Assembly (NCBI RefSeq): GCF_045802625.1
Contig: NZ_JBJMQP010000096.1
Location: forward strand, 37,810 to 101,809
Reading direction: 5' to 3'
From: Hyalangium sp.
GTDB lineage: Bacteria > Myxococcota > Myxococcia > Myxococcales > Myxococcaceae
DNA length: 64,000 nt
This document shows, in pieces, positions 29,968 through 40,395 of the stretch. The notes below the pieces were generated by a model. The model saw only the letters and a program-made list of their open reading frames with translations. It made no database searches and was not told the origin of the DNA. Positions within the stretch are counted from its first letter, which is position 1; each line of letters starts with the position of its first letter. Both the position numbers and the translations under genes were made by a program.

Positions 29968-31011
29968 TCAGCTCCGTAAGGGCAGCGTGGCGGGCAGCGC
30001 GCCGGAGAGCGCCCTCATGGCCGAGGCCAGCTCATCGATCGTGAGCGACATGTCCGAGGCGCCCATGCGCAGCGCCGCCTCGGGCATGTTCGGGACGACG
30101 CAGCTCTCGGGGTTCTGCACGAGCGTCAGGCCCCCCGCGCGACGGATGGCCTGCAGCCCCATGGCTCCGTCCGTGCCCATGCCCGTCAGCACCGCGCCCC
30201 CGGCCCGGTTTCCATGGGCGCGCGCCAGCGACGTCAACAGCGTGTCTCCCGCCGTCACGTGGCGGCCCTGGACCGACTCCACGAGCAGCTCACCCGTGAT
30301 GAGCACCTGCATCAGGTGCCCGTCCGGCGCCAGGTAGACGTGGCCCGGCTGGGGCCGGGTGCCCGTGCGTGCCATCTCCAACTGCAGCGGCGAGGCCGCC
30401 CCCAGCCACTGGCGCAGCCCCGAGGTGAAGCCCACCGACACGTGCTGGGCGATGAAGATCGGGTAGGGCAGGCTCGGAGGCAGCAGGGACAGCAACATGG
30501 CCAGCGCGGGCGGGCCTCCCGTGGCGGCCACCAGCCCGAAGCCGTTCACCCGCCCTCCGCGCAGCATCGGCGGCGGAGCCGGGTGGCCGAGCACCAGCTT
30601 GCGCGGCGCCAGGGGGATCTCCGCCATGGCCCGGATGGTGTGGATGAGCTGGTGGCCGAAGCTCGTGAGGCCGCCGTCCTTGCCCGGCGTCGGCTTGGGC
30701 ATCACCTCGAGCGCCCCCGCCTGCAGCGCCTTGAAGGACAGCTCCGCGTCCATGGCTCCCGAGATGACCAGGATGCGGCTGGGGGCCTCGCTCATGATGC
30801 GCTGGGTGGCGTCGATGCCGTCCATCCGCGGCATCCGCACATCCAGCGTGACGACGTCCGGGCGGAGCGACTGCACCATCTCCACCGCTTCCTTCCCATC
30901 GCTCGCGGTACCGACGACCCGGATATCCGGGGCGGAGGCGAGCAATCCAGTGAACATTCGCAGGATGGTAGGCGAGTCATCCGCAAGGAGGACCTGAATC
31001 GGCGGGTTCAT
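29968..31011 (-). CDS. cheB: CheB-like response regulator / methylesterase, paralog 1 (the catalytic Ser is replaced by Ala)
   Basis: N-terminal REC domain (VLLADDSPT..., phospho-acceptor in VVTLDVRMP) plus a CheB methylesterase domain. The nucleophile block reads GLVAATGG rather than ASTGG. His (AQHVS) and Asp (GMGTDGA) are retained. Confidence 0.7.
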   Translation of the reverse strand: MNPPIQVLLADDSPTILRMFTGLLASAPDIRVVGTASDGKEAVEMVQSLRPDVVTLDVRMPRMDGIDATQRIMSEAPSRILVISGAMDAELSFKALQAGALEVMPKPTPGKDGGLTSFGHQLIHTIRAMAEIPLAPRKLVLGHPAPPPMLRGGRVNGFGLVAATGGPPALAMLLSLLPPSLPYPIFIAQHVSVGFTSGLRQWLGAASPLQLEMARTGTRPQPGHVYLAPDGHLMQVLITGELLVESVQGRHVTAGDTLLTSLARAHGNRAGGAVLTGMGTDGAMGLQAIRRAGGLTLVQNPESCVVPNMPEAALRMGASDMSLTIDELASAMRALSGALPATLPLRS

Positions 31012-31174
31012 GGGCACCTCGAAGGCCGTCGGGCGCACGGCAAGCAGGACACAGAGCCTACTTCATGCATTCTATTCGCAGAATGGCCCCATCCTACGCC
31101 TTGGGTCGTATGGGCTGTCGCGAGGAGCTCGCGTAGACTGTCGCGTCCGAGACGAACCAGGCGCGCGGAGGCGC

Positions 31175-32227
31175 TCAGTTCCGAACGGGCAAGGCCGGGG
31201 GGACGGTGCCGGTGAGGGCGCGCATGGCCGAGGCCAGCGCCTCCAGCGACAGGAGCGTGTCGGTGGAGCCGTTGCGCATCGCCGCCTCGGGCATGCCGGG
31301 GACGACACAGCTCTCGGGAGTCTGCGCGAAGGTGATGCCTCCGGCGCGCTTGATGGCCAGCAGCCCCGAGGCTCCATCCGAGCCCATGCCCGTGAGCACC
31401 GCGCCTCCCGCCCGGTTGCCGTAGGCCAGCGCCATCGAGGACAGCAGCGTGTCTCCGAGCGCGGCCTTGGCGACCGGGATGGGCTCCACGAGCAGCTCTC
31501 CCGTCAGCATCACCTGGAGCTGGTGCCCGTCCGGCGGCAGGTAGACGTAGCCGGGCTGGGGCCGGGTGCCCGTCTGCGCCACCTCGAGCTGCAGCGTGGA
31601 GGCGGCGCCCAGCCACTGGCACAGGCCCGCGGTGAAGCCGTCCGAGACGTGCTGGGCGATGAAGATGGGGTAGGGCAGCTTGGGCGGCAGCAGCGACAGC
31701 AGCAGGCAGAGCGCGGGCGGGCCACCGGTGGAGGCCACCAGCCCGAAGCCATTCACCCGGGCCTGCTGCGGCTGGGGGGGCGTGGGCACCGGACCCGGCA
31801 CGGGAGGAGGTGACGGCCGGCGCTCGGCCAGCGGCAGCTCGGCCATGGTCCGGATGATGTGGATCAGCTTCACGCCGAAGTTGGCCAGGCCCTCCAGGCC
31901 GGGCCGCGGCTTGGGCATGACCTCGAGCGCTCCGGCCTGCAGCGCCTTGAAGGACATCTCCGCGTCCACCGCGCCCGAGATGACCAGGATGCGGCTGGGG
32001 GCCTCGCTCATGATGCGCGAGCTGGCCTCGATCCCGTCCATGCGCGGCATGCGCACATCCAGGGTGATGACATCCGGATGGAGCGTGCGTGCCAGCTCCA
32101 AGGCCTCTTCTCCATCCTTGGCCGTGCCAATCACCTGAATGTCCGGCGCCGAGGACAGCAGCGCCGAGTACATCTTCAGCATGGTTGGCGAGTCGTCTGC
32201 GATGAGGACTCGGATGGTGGAGCTCAT
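31175..32227 (-). CDS. cheB: CheB-like response regulator / methylesterase, paralog 2 (canonical Ser/His/Asp triad)
   Basis: REC domain (VLIADDSPT..., VITLDVRMP) and methylesterase blocks GLVASTGG, IFIAQHVS and LTGMGSDGA. The start is ATG 32227 (MSSTIRV). The track ORF extends to 32479. Confidence 0.75.
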   Translation of the reverse strand: MSSTIRVLIADDSPTMLKMYSALLSSAPDIQVIGTAKDGEEALELARTLHPDVITLDVRMPRMDGIEASSRIMSEAPSRILVISGAVDAEMSFKALQAGALEVMPKPRPGLEGLANFGVKLIHIIRTMAELPLAERRPSPPPVPGPVPTPPQPQQARVNGFGLVASTGGPPALCLLLSLLPPKLPYPIFIAQHVSDGFTAGLCQWLGAASTLQLEVAQTGTRPQPGYVYLPPDGHQLQVMLTGELLVEPIPVAKAALGDTLLSSMALAYGNRAGGAVLTGMGSDGASGLLAIKRAGGITFAQTPESCVVPGMPEAAMRNGSTDTLLSLEALASAMRALTGTVPPALPVRN

Positions 32228-32306
32228 GTGCGCCTCAGAGAGGGGGGCGAGGGTGCTCGGGGAACCGTGCCATACATACCTGACGATTCGCCCGCCCAGA
32301 GCAGGA

Positions 32307-33344
32307 TCAAATGCCCGGAGGAGAGCCCGGCGGGGGCATGCCTTCGAGTGAACGGAGGATGTTGGCCAGGGCCTCGGGGGACACGCTGTGCTCGGTGGCC
32401 TTGTTGCGCAGCGCCGCCTCCGGCATTCCGGCCACCAGGCACGTCTCGGGGTCCTGCGCGAAGGTGAGCCCGCCGGCACGCTTGATGGCCATCAGCCCCA
32501 CTGCGCCTTCCTCGCCCATGCCGCTAAGTACCGCGCCGGCGGCGTGGGCGCCATAGGCTCGTGACAGCGAGGCCAGCAGCAGATCCCCCGAGGGGAAGGT
32601 GCTGCCCGAGGCCTTCTCGATGACGAGCTCTCCCTGCATGCCCACCCGCAGGTGGTGGCCATCCGGGGCCAGGTAGACGGTGCCGGCCCGGGGCTGCTCC
32701 GAGGCGCGGGCGATCTCCACCGGCAGCGGCGACAGCGAGGTCAGCCAGCGGTGCAGGCCCACGGTGAAGCCCGGGGTGATGTGCTGGGCGACGAAGAGCG
32801 GGTAGGGCAGGCTGCGCGGCAGCAGCCACAGCAGCGAGGCCAGCGCCGTGGGGCCGCCAATGGAAGAGGTGAGCGCGAAGCCCGCCACGCGCGCGTTCGG
32901 CGGCAGCACGGGGGCGGTGCCGCGGCCCTCGGAGCGCTGGGTGACGAGCTTCACCTCGGCCAGCAGCCGGATGGCCGACAGCAGCCGGACGCCGAAGCGC
33001 GCCACGTCCTCGGGCGAGCCCTGCGGCTTGGCGATGACCTCCAGCGCTCCGGCCTGCAGCGCGCGGAAGGACAGGTCCGTGTCCGGCGCGCCCGACACCA
33101 TGAGGATGCGGCAGGGCGTCTCCGCCATGATGCGCTCGGTGGCGCCCAGGCCGTCCATGCCCGGCATCTGCACATCCAGGGTGATGACATCCGGCTTCAG
33201 GGAGCGCGCCAGCGCGACGGCCTCCTCACCATCCCGAGCGGTCCCCACCACCGTCACATCCGGCTGGGCAGACAGCAGCCGTGTGAGCACCTGTAGCATC
33301 GTGGGTGAATCATCAGTGAGGAGGACTTGGATGGGCTTGCTCAT
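32307..33344 (-). CDS. cheB: CheB-like response regulator / methylesterase, paralog 3 (Asp to Glu in the triad motif)
   Basis: REC domain (VLLTDDSPT..., VITLDVQMP) and methylesterase blocks ALTSSIGG (Ser kept), LFVAQHIT and LSGMGEEGA (Glu in place of Asp). Confidence 0.7.
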   Translation of the reverse strand: MSKPIQVLLTDDSPTMLQVLTRLLSAQPDVTVVGTARDGEEAVALARSLKPDVITLDVQMPGMDGLGATERIMAETPCRILMVSGAPDTDLSFRALQAGALEVIAKPQGSPEDVARFGVRLLSAIRLLAEVKLVTQRSEGRGTAPVLPPNARVAGFALTSSIGGPTALASLLWLLPRSLPYPLFVAQHITPGFTVGLHRWLTSLSPLPVEIARASEQPRAGTVYLAPDGHHLRVGMQGELVIEKASGSTFPSGDLLLASLSRAYGAHAAGAVLSGMGEEGAVGLMAIKRAGGLTFAQDPETCLVAGMPEAALRNKATEHSVSPEALANILRSLEGMPPPGSPPGI

Positions 33345-33450
33345 GAGGTTCTCCGAACTCCAGGTGCGTTTCTACCCCAGGGGTGGGCCGCTCGCCTACG
33401 ACTCACGGTGGGCACTGTATCAAGCCGGATGAGCCTGCTTCGCGCTTCTT

Positions 33451-35688
33451 TCAGCCCGCCTTGCGCTTCTTTTCCCGCTTGGGCTTGGACTCAGGGCCTT
33501 TGGGAGGAGGGCTGTCCCGGGGTTCCTCGATTACGGGGGGAAGCGCGGGCCGGCTCGCGGGCAGGGGCGCACCTTCCGTGGGGGAGGCCTCCACCGGCTG
33601 TGACTCCGCCGGCAGCGCGGGCAGGCGGATGACGAAGGAGCACCCCTCGCCGGGCCTGCTGTGGACGGAGATGCTCCCGCCATGATTCTTGACGATGCGC
33701 TGGCAGATGGCCAGCCCCAGCCCCGTGCCCTTCTGTTTGGTGGTGAAGAAGGGCACGAAGATGTGCTGTTGCTGGTCCAAGGGGATGCCAGGCCCCGTGT
33801 CGGAGACGAGGACCTCGACGAACTCGTTCATGTTGCCGCGGAAGTCCCCGAAGCGGTCCGGCTTGACGGTGCCCACGGTGATGCGGCCGGCGGTGTCGCC
33901 GATGGCCTGCACCGCGTTCTGCACCAGGTTGATGAGCACCTGCTTGAGCTGCTCGGCGTCCGCGTCCACGCGCGGCAGCGTGAGATCCAGCTGCACCGCC
34001 AGCTCGATCTGCTTGGGCACGTCGTTCTGAACGAGGCGCATGGTGCGCGTCACCACCTCGTTGAGATCCGTGGGCCCGAAGCTCTGCTTGAGCGGGCGCG
34101 CGTAGTCCAGGAACGCCGTCACCACGCCGTTGAGCCGGTTCACCTCCTCGACGATGACGCCCAGGAACTCGCCGTCCTCGCCGGGGAGCCGCTTGGGATC
34201 CAGGCACTGCGCGGCGCCCTTGATGGCGCCCAGCGGGTTGCGGATCTCGTGCGCCAGGCCCGCCGCCATCTCACCCAGCGCCGCCAGGCGATCGCGCTCG
34301 CGGATCTTCTCGTACAGCTTCGAGTTCTCCAGCACCGTGGCCACGCGCTCGGCCACCGAGAGGATGAGGGCGATCTCGTCCGAGGCGTAGGCCTCCGGCA
34401 CGCGCTCGTCCCACAGGTTCAGGAAGCCGATCACCCGATCGTTGCCCACCAGCGGCACGCTGATGCCGGCCTTCATCTGCAGCAGCGAGGCGCGCGTGTC
34501 CTGCAGGCGTTTGATCTCGTCGCGGAAGCGCTTGCCCTCGGTGGAGTGCACCCGCAGCGCGGTGAGCCGGTTCTCCACGTTCTCCAGCAGCACGGCCTTC
34601 TGGCCCGAGGCGGCCGCCAGGAGCAACCCGCGCGCCGCGGCCGTGTCCAGGAAGCCCTCGGGAGGTGGGCCGCGAGAGTCCAGCAGCCGGTAGCCTGGAC
34701 GATCCTCGGCCAGCATGTACACGGAGGCGTGGGTGACGCGGCCCGTCTCGTGGAGTGCGTCCAGCAGCATCCGCGTCACCTCGGAGATGTCGATGACGTT
34801 GGCCATGCGCGCCCGCAGGGCCCCGAGCGCCCGGAGCAGCTCGAAGCGCTCGCGGAAGAAGATGGCCACCACCTGCTCCTCCACCTTCACCCTCAGCGGC
34901 TCCACGAGGATGATGATGACGAAGGCGGCCACCACCGTGTTGAAGACGAACAGGCCCGTGTTCGTCTTCACCCACACGGTGAGCACGGTGAACACGGCGG
35001 CCAGGATGAAGGCCAGCACCGTCTGCGAGGCGATCTTCCCCAGCAGCTCGTGCAGGTCCATCAGCCGCAGCCGCAGCAGCGTCTGCGCCAGGAAGAACAG
35101 GTAGAGCGTGGAGAAGATGGGCCCCAGCGGAGGCAGGGGAATGTCATAGCGCCGGCCCACCAGATCCAACGCCGTCAGCAGGATGGAGGCCCCGGCCCCG
35201 ATGGCCAGGTACATGAGCCGCAACCGTTCAATGCGCGACTCCTGGGTGCGCACCCGGTTCAGCAGCAGGCTCACCGAGGTGAGCAGGGTGCCTAGCACCC
35301 ACACCCCCGTGGCCATCCGCGCCCAGCTCGTCTGCGCCAGCGGGGTGACGGCCACCACCACACCAAACACGCTCGACAGCAGGCCCAGCCGTCGGCCGAG
35401 CATGTGGGTGCCTTGGCTAACACCCAGGAACTCCAGGAAGAAGGAGACGGCCGCGCCGGGGACGAAGGAGGCCACCAGGAGGGTGGCGCCCACGGCGATT
35501 CTGGACACCCAGCCGGGCTCGGGGAAGATGCCGGCGAGGAAGAGCGCCAGGTAGTACCCCGCCACCGTGAGGGCGAAGACGGAATACAGCGTCACCACCC
35601 GCGGCCTGCCTGGTCGCAGGAGCATCGACAGCCCGAGCGCCAGGCCGACGAGTGACGCGAGGAGCGCGCTCTGGGTTCGGATGTCCAT
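33451..35688 (-). CDS. Sensor histidine kinase: multi-TM N-terminus, GAF domain, HisKA, HATPase_c
   Basis: About 7 hydrophobic helices in the first roughly 270 aa. A GAF-like middle region. H-box LGEMAAGLAHEIRNPLGAI. ATPase blocks LINLVQNAVQA, DTGPGIP and GTGLGLAICQRIV. The C-terminal tail is basic and Pro-rich. Confidence 0.8.
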   Translation of the reverse strand: MDIRTQSALLASLVGLALGLSMLLRPGRPRVVTLYSVFALTVAGYYLALFLAGIFPEPGWVSRIAVGATLLVASFVPGAAVSFFLEFLGVSQGTHMLGRRLGLLSSVFGVVVAVTPLAQTSWARMATGVWVLGTLLTSVSLLLNRVRTQESRIERLRLMYLAIGAGASILLTALDLVGRRYDIPLPPLGPIFSTLYLFFLAQTLLRLRLMDLHELLGKIASQTVLAFILAAVFTVLTVWVKTNTGLFVFNTVVAAFVIIILVEPLRVKVEEQVVAIFFRERFELLRALGALRARMANVIDISEVTRMLLDALHETGRVTHASVYMLAEDRPGYRLLDSRGPPPEGFLDTAAARGLLLAAASGQKAVLLENVENRLTALRVHSTEGKRFRDEIKRLQDTRASLLQMKAGISVPLVGNDRVIGFLNLWDERVPEAYASDEIALILSVAERVATVLENSKLYEKIRERDRLAALGEMAAGLAHEIRNPLGAIKGAAQCLDPKRLPGEDGEFLGVIVEEVNRLNGVVTAFLDYARPLKQSFGPTDLNEVVTRTMRLVQNDVPKQIELAVQLDLTLPRVDADAEQLKQVLINLVQNAVQAIGDTAGRITVGTVKPDRFGDFRGNMNEFVEVLVSDTGPGIPLDQQQHIFVPFFTTKQKGTGLGLAICQRIVKNHGGSISVHSRPGEGCSFVIRLPALPAESQPVEASPTEGAPLPASRPALPPVIEEPRDSPPPKGPESKPKREKKRKAG

Positions 35689-35796
35689 GTTCGAGCGAAC
35701 AGTCTAACCTGTGTCCACGGCCGGAAATTTTTTGACTGTCTCCCGTTGTCCTCGGGCGTGCCCGAGCGCATCCAAAAGGGCTGCAAGCCCTCCCCC

Positions 35797-38205
35797 ATGA
35801 AATCCGCCCTTTCGCTGATTGCCGTCGTCTCCTTTGCCTCGCTGGCCTCCGCGCAGCCCGTGGCCACCGAGGCCACGAGCGCGCCCCAACCCCGCACCGA
35901 CGGCGCTCCCACCGAGGCGCAGCTCACTCCGCCTCCGGAGGCGGAGAAGGCTCCGCTGCCGCCGGAGTATGTGGAGATCTTCAACCCGGCCTTCCCGATG
36001 CCCGAGGTGGCGCCTCCCAAGAAGGCGGAGGTGGAGGTCCCGAAGGGCAAGGCGTACGGGCTGCCCGAGCTGACGCCGTACTTCGCCGAGGGCAAGAAGA
36101 AGGAGGCCAAGGCGGCCTTCGATCGCGGCCTGTACCTGAAGGCCCGCGAGCTGCTGGCCAACGAGGGAGACTCGCTGCCGGTGCGCTACCTGCGCGCCCT
36201 GAGCGCCGTGCGCGCTGGGGATGATGCCCGCGCGGCCGTGGAGATGGCCTCGCTGGCCGAGGACTACCCGGCGCTGAGGGATCGCTGCCTCACGCATGCG
36301 GGCATGGCGCTGGAGGATCTGGGCAAGTTCGACGCGGCGGCGAAGATGTTCTCGGCGGTGTCCGAGGACTCGAAGCTGTACGTGGATGCGCGCCTGGCGC
36401 TCGGGCGCGTGCTGCGCAAGAAGAAGGACTATGACGGAGCCATGGCCGCGCTCGCGCCGCTGGCGAACCGGCCCGCGCCGTTGTTTGGCCGCAACGTGGG
36501 CGCCGAGGCGCTCATGGCCGTCGCCGACATCGCCGCGGAGAAGAAGGACAAGGTGCACGAGCGCGAGGCGCTGTGGCGCCTGTGGTCGCTCTATCCGCTC
36601 TCGCCGCTGACGAAGCAGGCCGATCGGCGCCTCAAGGGCATCAAGCCTCCGGTGGAGGCCCTGGTGGCGCGCGCCGAGCAGCTGATCGAGCTGCACCGCA
36701 ACAAGCAGGGGCTCACCGTGCTGGAGCCGCTGCTGTCCACGCTGAAGCTGCCGGATCCGCTCGCGTGCCGCGCGCACTTCGCCTACGGCAAGGGCCAGCG
36801 AAAGGAGCGCAACCACACCAAGGCCATCTCCGTGCTCACGCCGGTGGTGGACAAGTGCCAGGACGCGGAGCTGCTGCCGCGCGCCATGTACGTGCTGGGC
36901 TCGTCGGCCTCCATCGTGGACATGAAGCGCGGGGCGCAGGTGTACGAGCGGCTCGCGAAGGAGTTCCCGGGCCATTCGTTCGCGGATGACGCGCTCTTCT
37001 ACGCGGCGGACCTGTACGTGAAGACGGACCAGCCGGCTCAGGCCCTGGCCCGGCTCGAGGAGCTGGAGAAGAACTACTCGCAGGGCGACTTCGTGGGCGA
37101 GGCGCTCTTCAAGGCGTTCTGGATCGCTCGTAGCGCGAAGGTGCCGGATGGCGGGCTGTCCATCCTCGACAAGATCGAGAAGCGCTTCGCCGACGCGGAC
37201 GAGTCGTATGATCTGGAGCGGGCGCTGTACTGGCGCGCTCGGACGCTGCAGGAGCGCGGCGACACGCAGGGCGCGGTGGCGCTCTTCGAGAAGCTCGCGG
37301 TGGAGCACCCGGCCACCTACTACGGGCTGATGGCGCGCGCCCAGCTAGGTGACGTGGACAAGGATCGGCTGGCGAAGATCACCCCGCAGCTGGTCTTCAC
37401 CGCCGAGTCCGCCAGCCCGTGGCCCATGCACACCGGGCCCCTCATGGAGAAGGATCCGCACTTCCTGGCGGGCGTGGAGCTGCTGCGCCTGGGCTTCCTG
37501 GACGCGGTGTCCGCCGAGCTGCTGGCGGTCAATCGCAATGGGCTGGCGGCCGAGCCCTCGCGGCTGCTGGTGCACCTGCTGGCCATGGCCGGGGACGAGC
37601 GGGGCGCGCATGCGGTGGCGCGCGTGTCGCTGCGCAGGGACTTGAGCGGGCGCATCACCCCGCAGACGCGGCCGGTGTGGGAGATCGCCTATCCGAACGC
37701 GTACCGGAACCTGATCGAGAAGCACACCAAGGAGGCCGGGGTGGAGCCGGATCTCCTGCAGGCGCTGATGCGCGAGGAGAGCGCGCTGGACCCGAAGGCC
37801 CTGTCCTGGGCCGGAGCGCTGGGGCTCACGCAGCTGATGCCGTTCACGGCGAAGGCGGTGGCCCAGCAGCTCAAGATCAAGCGCTTCCGCGTCGAGTCCC
37901 TGCTGGAGCCGGAGATGAACATCCGCCTGGGCGCGCACTACCTGGGGCAGCTCGTCAAGCAGTTCGACGGGAACGCGCCCTTCGCGGTGGGCAGCTACAA
38001 CGCGGGCTCCGGAGCCATCAACAAGTGGCGCGCCGAGCGCAAGGGCATGCCGCTGGATGCGTGGGTGGAGGAAGTGCCGATCGCCGAGACCCGCGGCTAC
38101 ATCAAGCGCGTGCTGCGCTCGTATAACACGTACCAGCTGCTCTACGGCCACACCGCCAAGGTCCCCGCGGTGAAGTCCGCCGGCCTGTTGCCGGCGGCTC
38201 ACTAG
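35797..38205 (+). CDS. Soluble lytic murein transglycosylase (Slt70-like: TPR/superhelical N-terminus plus C-terminal SLT domain)
   Basis: Signal peptide MKSALSLIAVVSFASLASA. Long helical repeats. SLT catalytic region LMREESALDP...GALGLTQLMPFTA...VGSYNAGSGAINKW. The start is ATG 35797 inside track ORF 35746. Confidence 0.75.
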   Translation: MKSALSLIAVVSFASLASAQPVATEATSAPQPRTDGAPTEAQLTPPPEAEKAPLPPEYVEIFNPAFPMPEVAPPKKAEVEVPKGKAYGLPELTPYFAEGKKKEAKAAFDRGLYLKARELLANEGDSLPVRYLRALSAVRAGDDARAAVEMASLAEDYPALRDRCLTHAGMALEDLGKFDAAAKMFSAVSEDSKLYVDARLALGRVLRKKKDYDGAMAALAPLANRPAPLFGRNVGAEALMAVADIAAEKKDKVHEREALWRLWSLYPLSPLTKQADRRLKGIKPPVEALVARAEQLIELHRNKQGLTVLEPLLSTLKLPDPLACRAHFAYGKGQRKERNHTKAISVLTPVVDKCQDAELLPRAMYVLGSSASIVDMKRGAQVYERLAKEFPGHSFADDALFYAADLYVKTDQPAQALARLEELEKNYSQGDFVGEALFKAFWIARSAKVPDGGLSILDKIEKRFADADESYDLERALYWRARTLQERGDTQGAVALFEKLAVEHPATYYGLMARAQLGDVDKDRLAKITPQLVFTAESASPWPMHTGPLMEKDPHFLAGVELLRLGFLDAVSAELLAVNRNGLAAEPSRLLVHLLAMAGDERGAHAVARVSLRRDLSGRITPQTRPVWEIAYPNAYRNLIEKHTKEAGVEPDLLQALMREESALDPKALSWAGALGLTQLMPFTAKAVAQQLKIKRFRVESLLEPEMNIRLGAHYLGQLVKQFDGNAPFAVGSYNAGSGAINKWRAERKGMPLDAWVEEVPIAETRGYIKRVLRSYNTYQLLYGHTAKVPAVKSAGLLPAAH

Positions 38206-38221
38206 CCGCTGTCGCTAGCGC

Positions 38222-39648
<1,427 letters not shown>

Positions 39649-39652
<4 letters not shown>

Positions 39653-40242
39653 TCGACAGCGCCGTCCTGGTCCTCAATCGGAACTACCAACCCGTCCACG
39701 TCACCTCGGTCAAGCGGGCCTTCTCGCTGTTGTACCAGGGCGTGGCCAAGGCCATTGACGCCCAGTACCGGCTCTACGAGTTCGAGGACTGGGCCGCCCT
39801 GAGCGCCACGCACGACTGCATCACCACGGTGAACCGCTCCATCCGCGTGCCTCGGGTGCTGGTGCTCTCCGCGTACGAGTACCTCCCCAAGGGCCGGGTA
39901 CGCTTCTCACGCCTCAACATCTACGCGCGCGATGCCGACACCTGCCAGTACTGCGGGCGCACCTTGCCGCGCTCGGAGTTGAACCTGGACCACGTGCTGC
40001 CCCGGTGCGACGGCGGCAAGACGACCTGGGAGAACGTCGTCTGCTCGTGCGTGCCCTGCAACCTCAAGAAGGGCGGGCGCACCCCGGAGCAGGCCGGCAT
40101 GAAGCTCCTGCGTAACCCTTTCCGTCCCCGGTGGACGCCGCTGTTCCGTGGCGCCATCCGGCGCGTCACCTACCGGGAGTGGCTGCCGTTCCTCCGAGTG
40201 GAGGACGCCTCGTACTGGAACGTCGAGCTGCTGGACGAGTAG
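39649..40242 (+). CDS. HNH endonuclease family protein
   Basis: ATG overlaps the selA TGA (ATGA). HNH motif CQYCGR...LNLDHVLPRCDGGKTTWENVVCSCVPCNLKK. 197 aa. Confidence 0.7.
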
Positions 40243-40395
40243 CTCCGCTCTCTCCGCGAAGGCCCCCGGCACGCCGGGTGTGGCCGATTTCTGGCTGAAG
40301 GGGTCCCCCTGGCGCACAGGTGTGTGCTGTGCGTCAGATTCCGGGCCGGGGTCTCGCTCCCCATGGCGAGCCGGCCCGCAGGGAAGGGGAGACAC

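Noticed and set aside
35704-38202. Minus-strand ORFs of 534 and 285 aa
   Set aside because: They are antisense to the Slt70-like transglycosylase, which has a signal peptide and SLT motifs on the plus strand.
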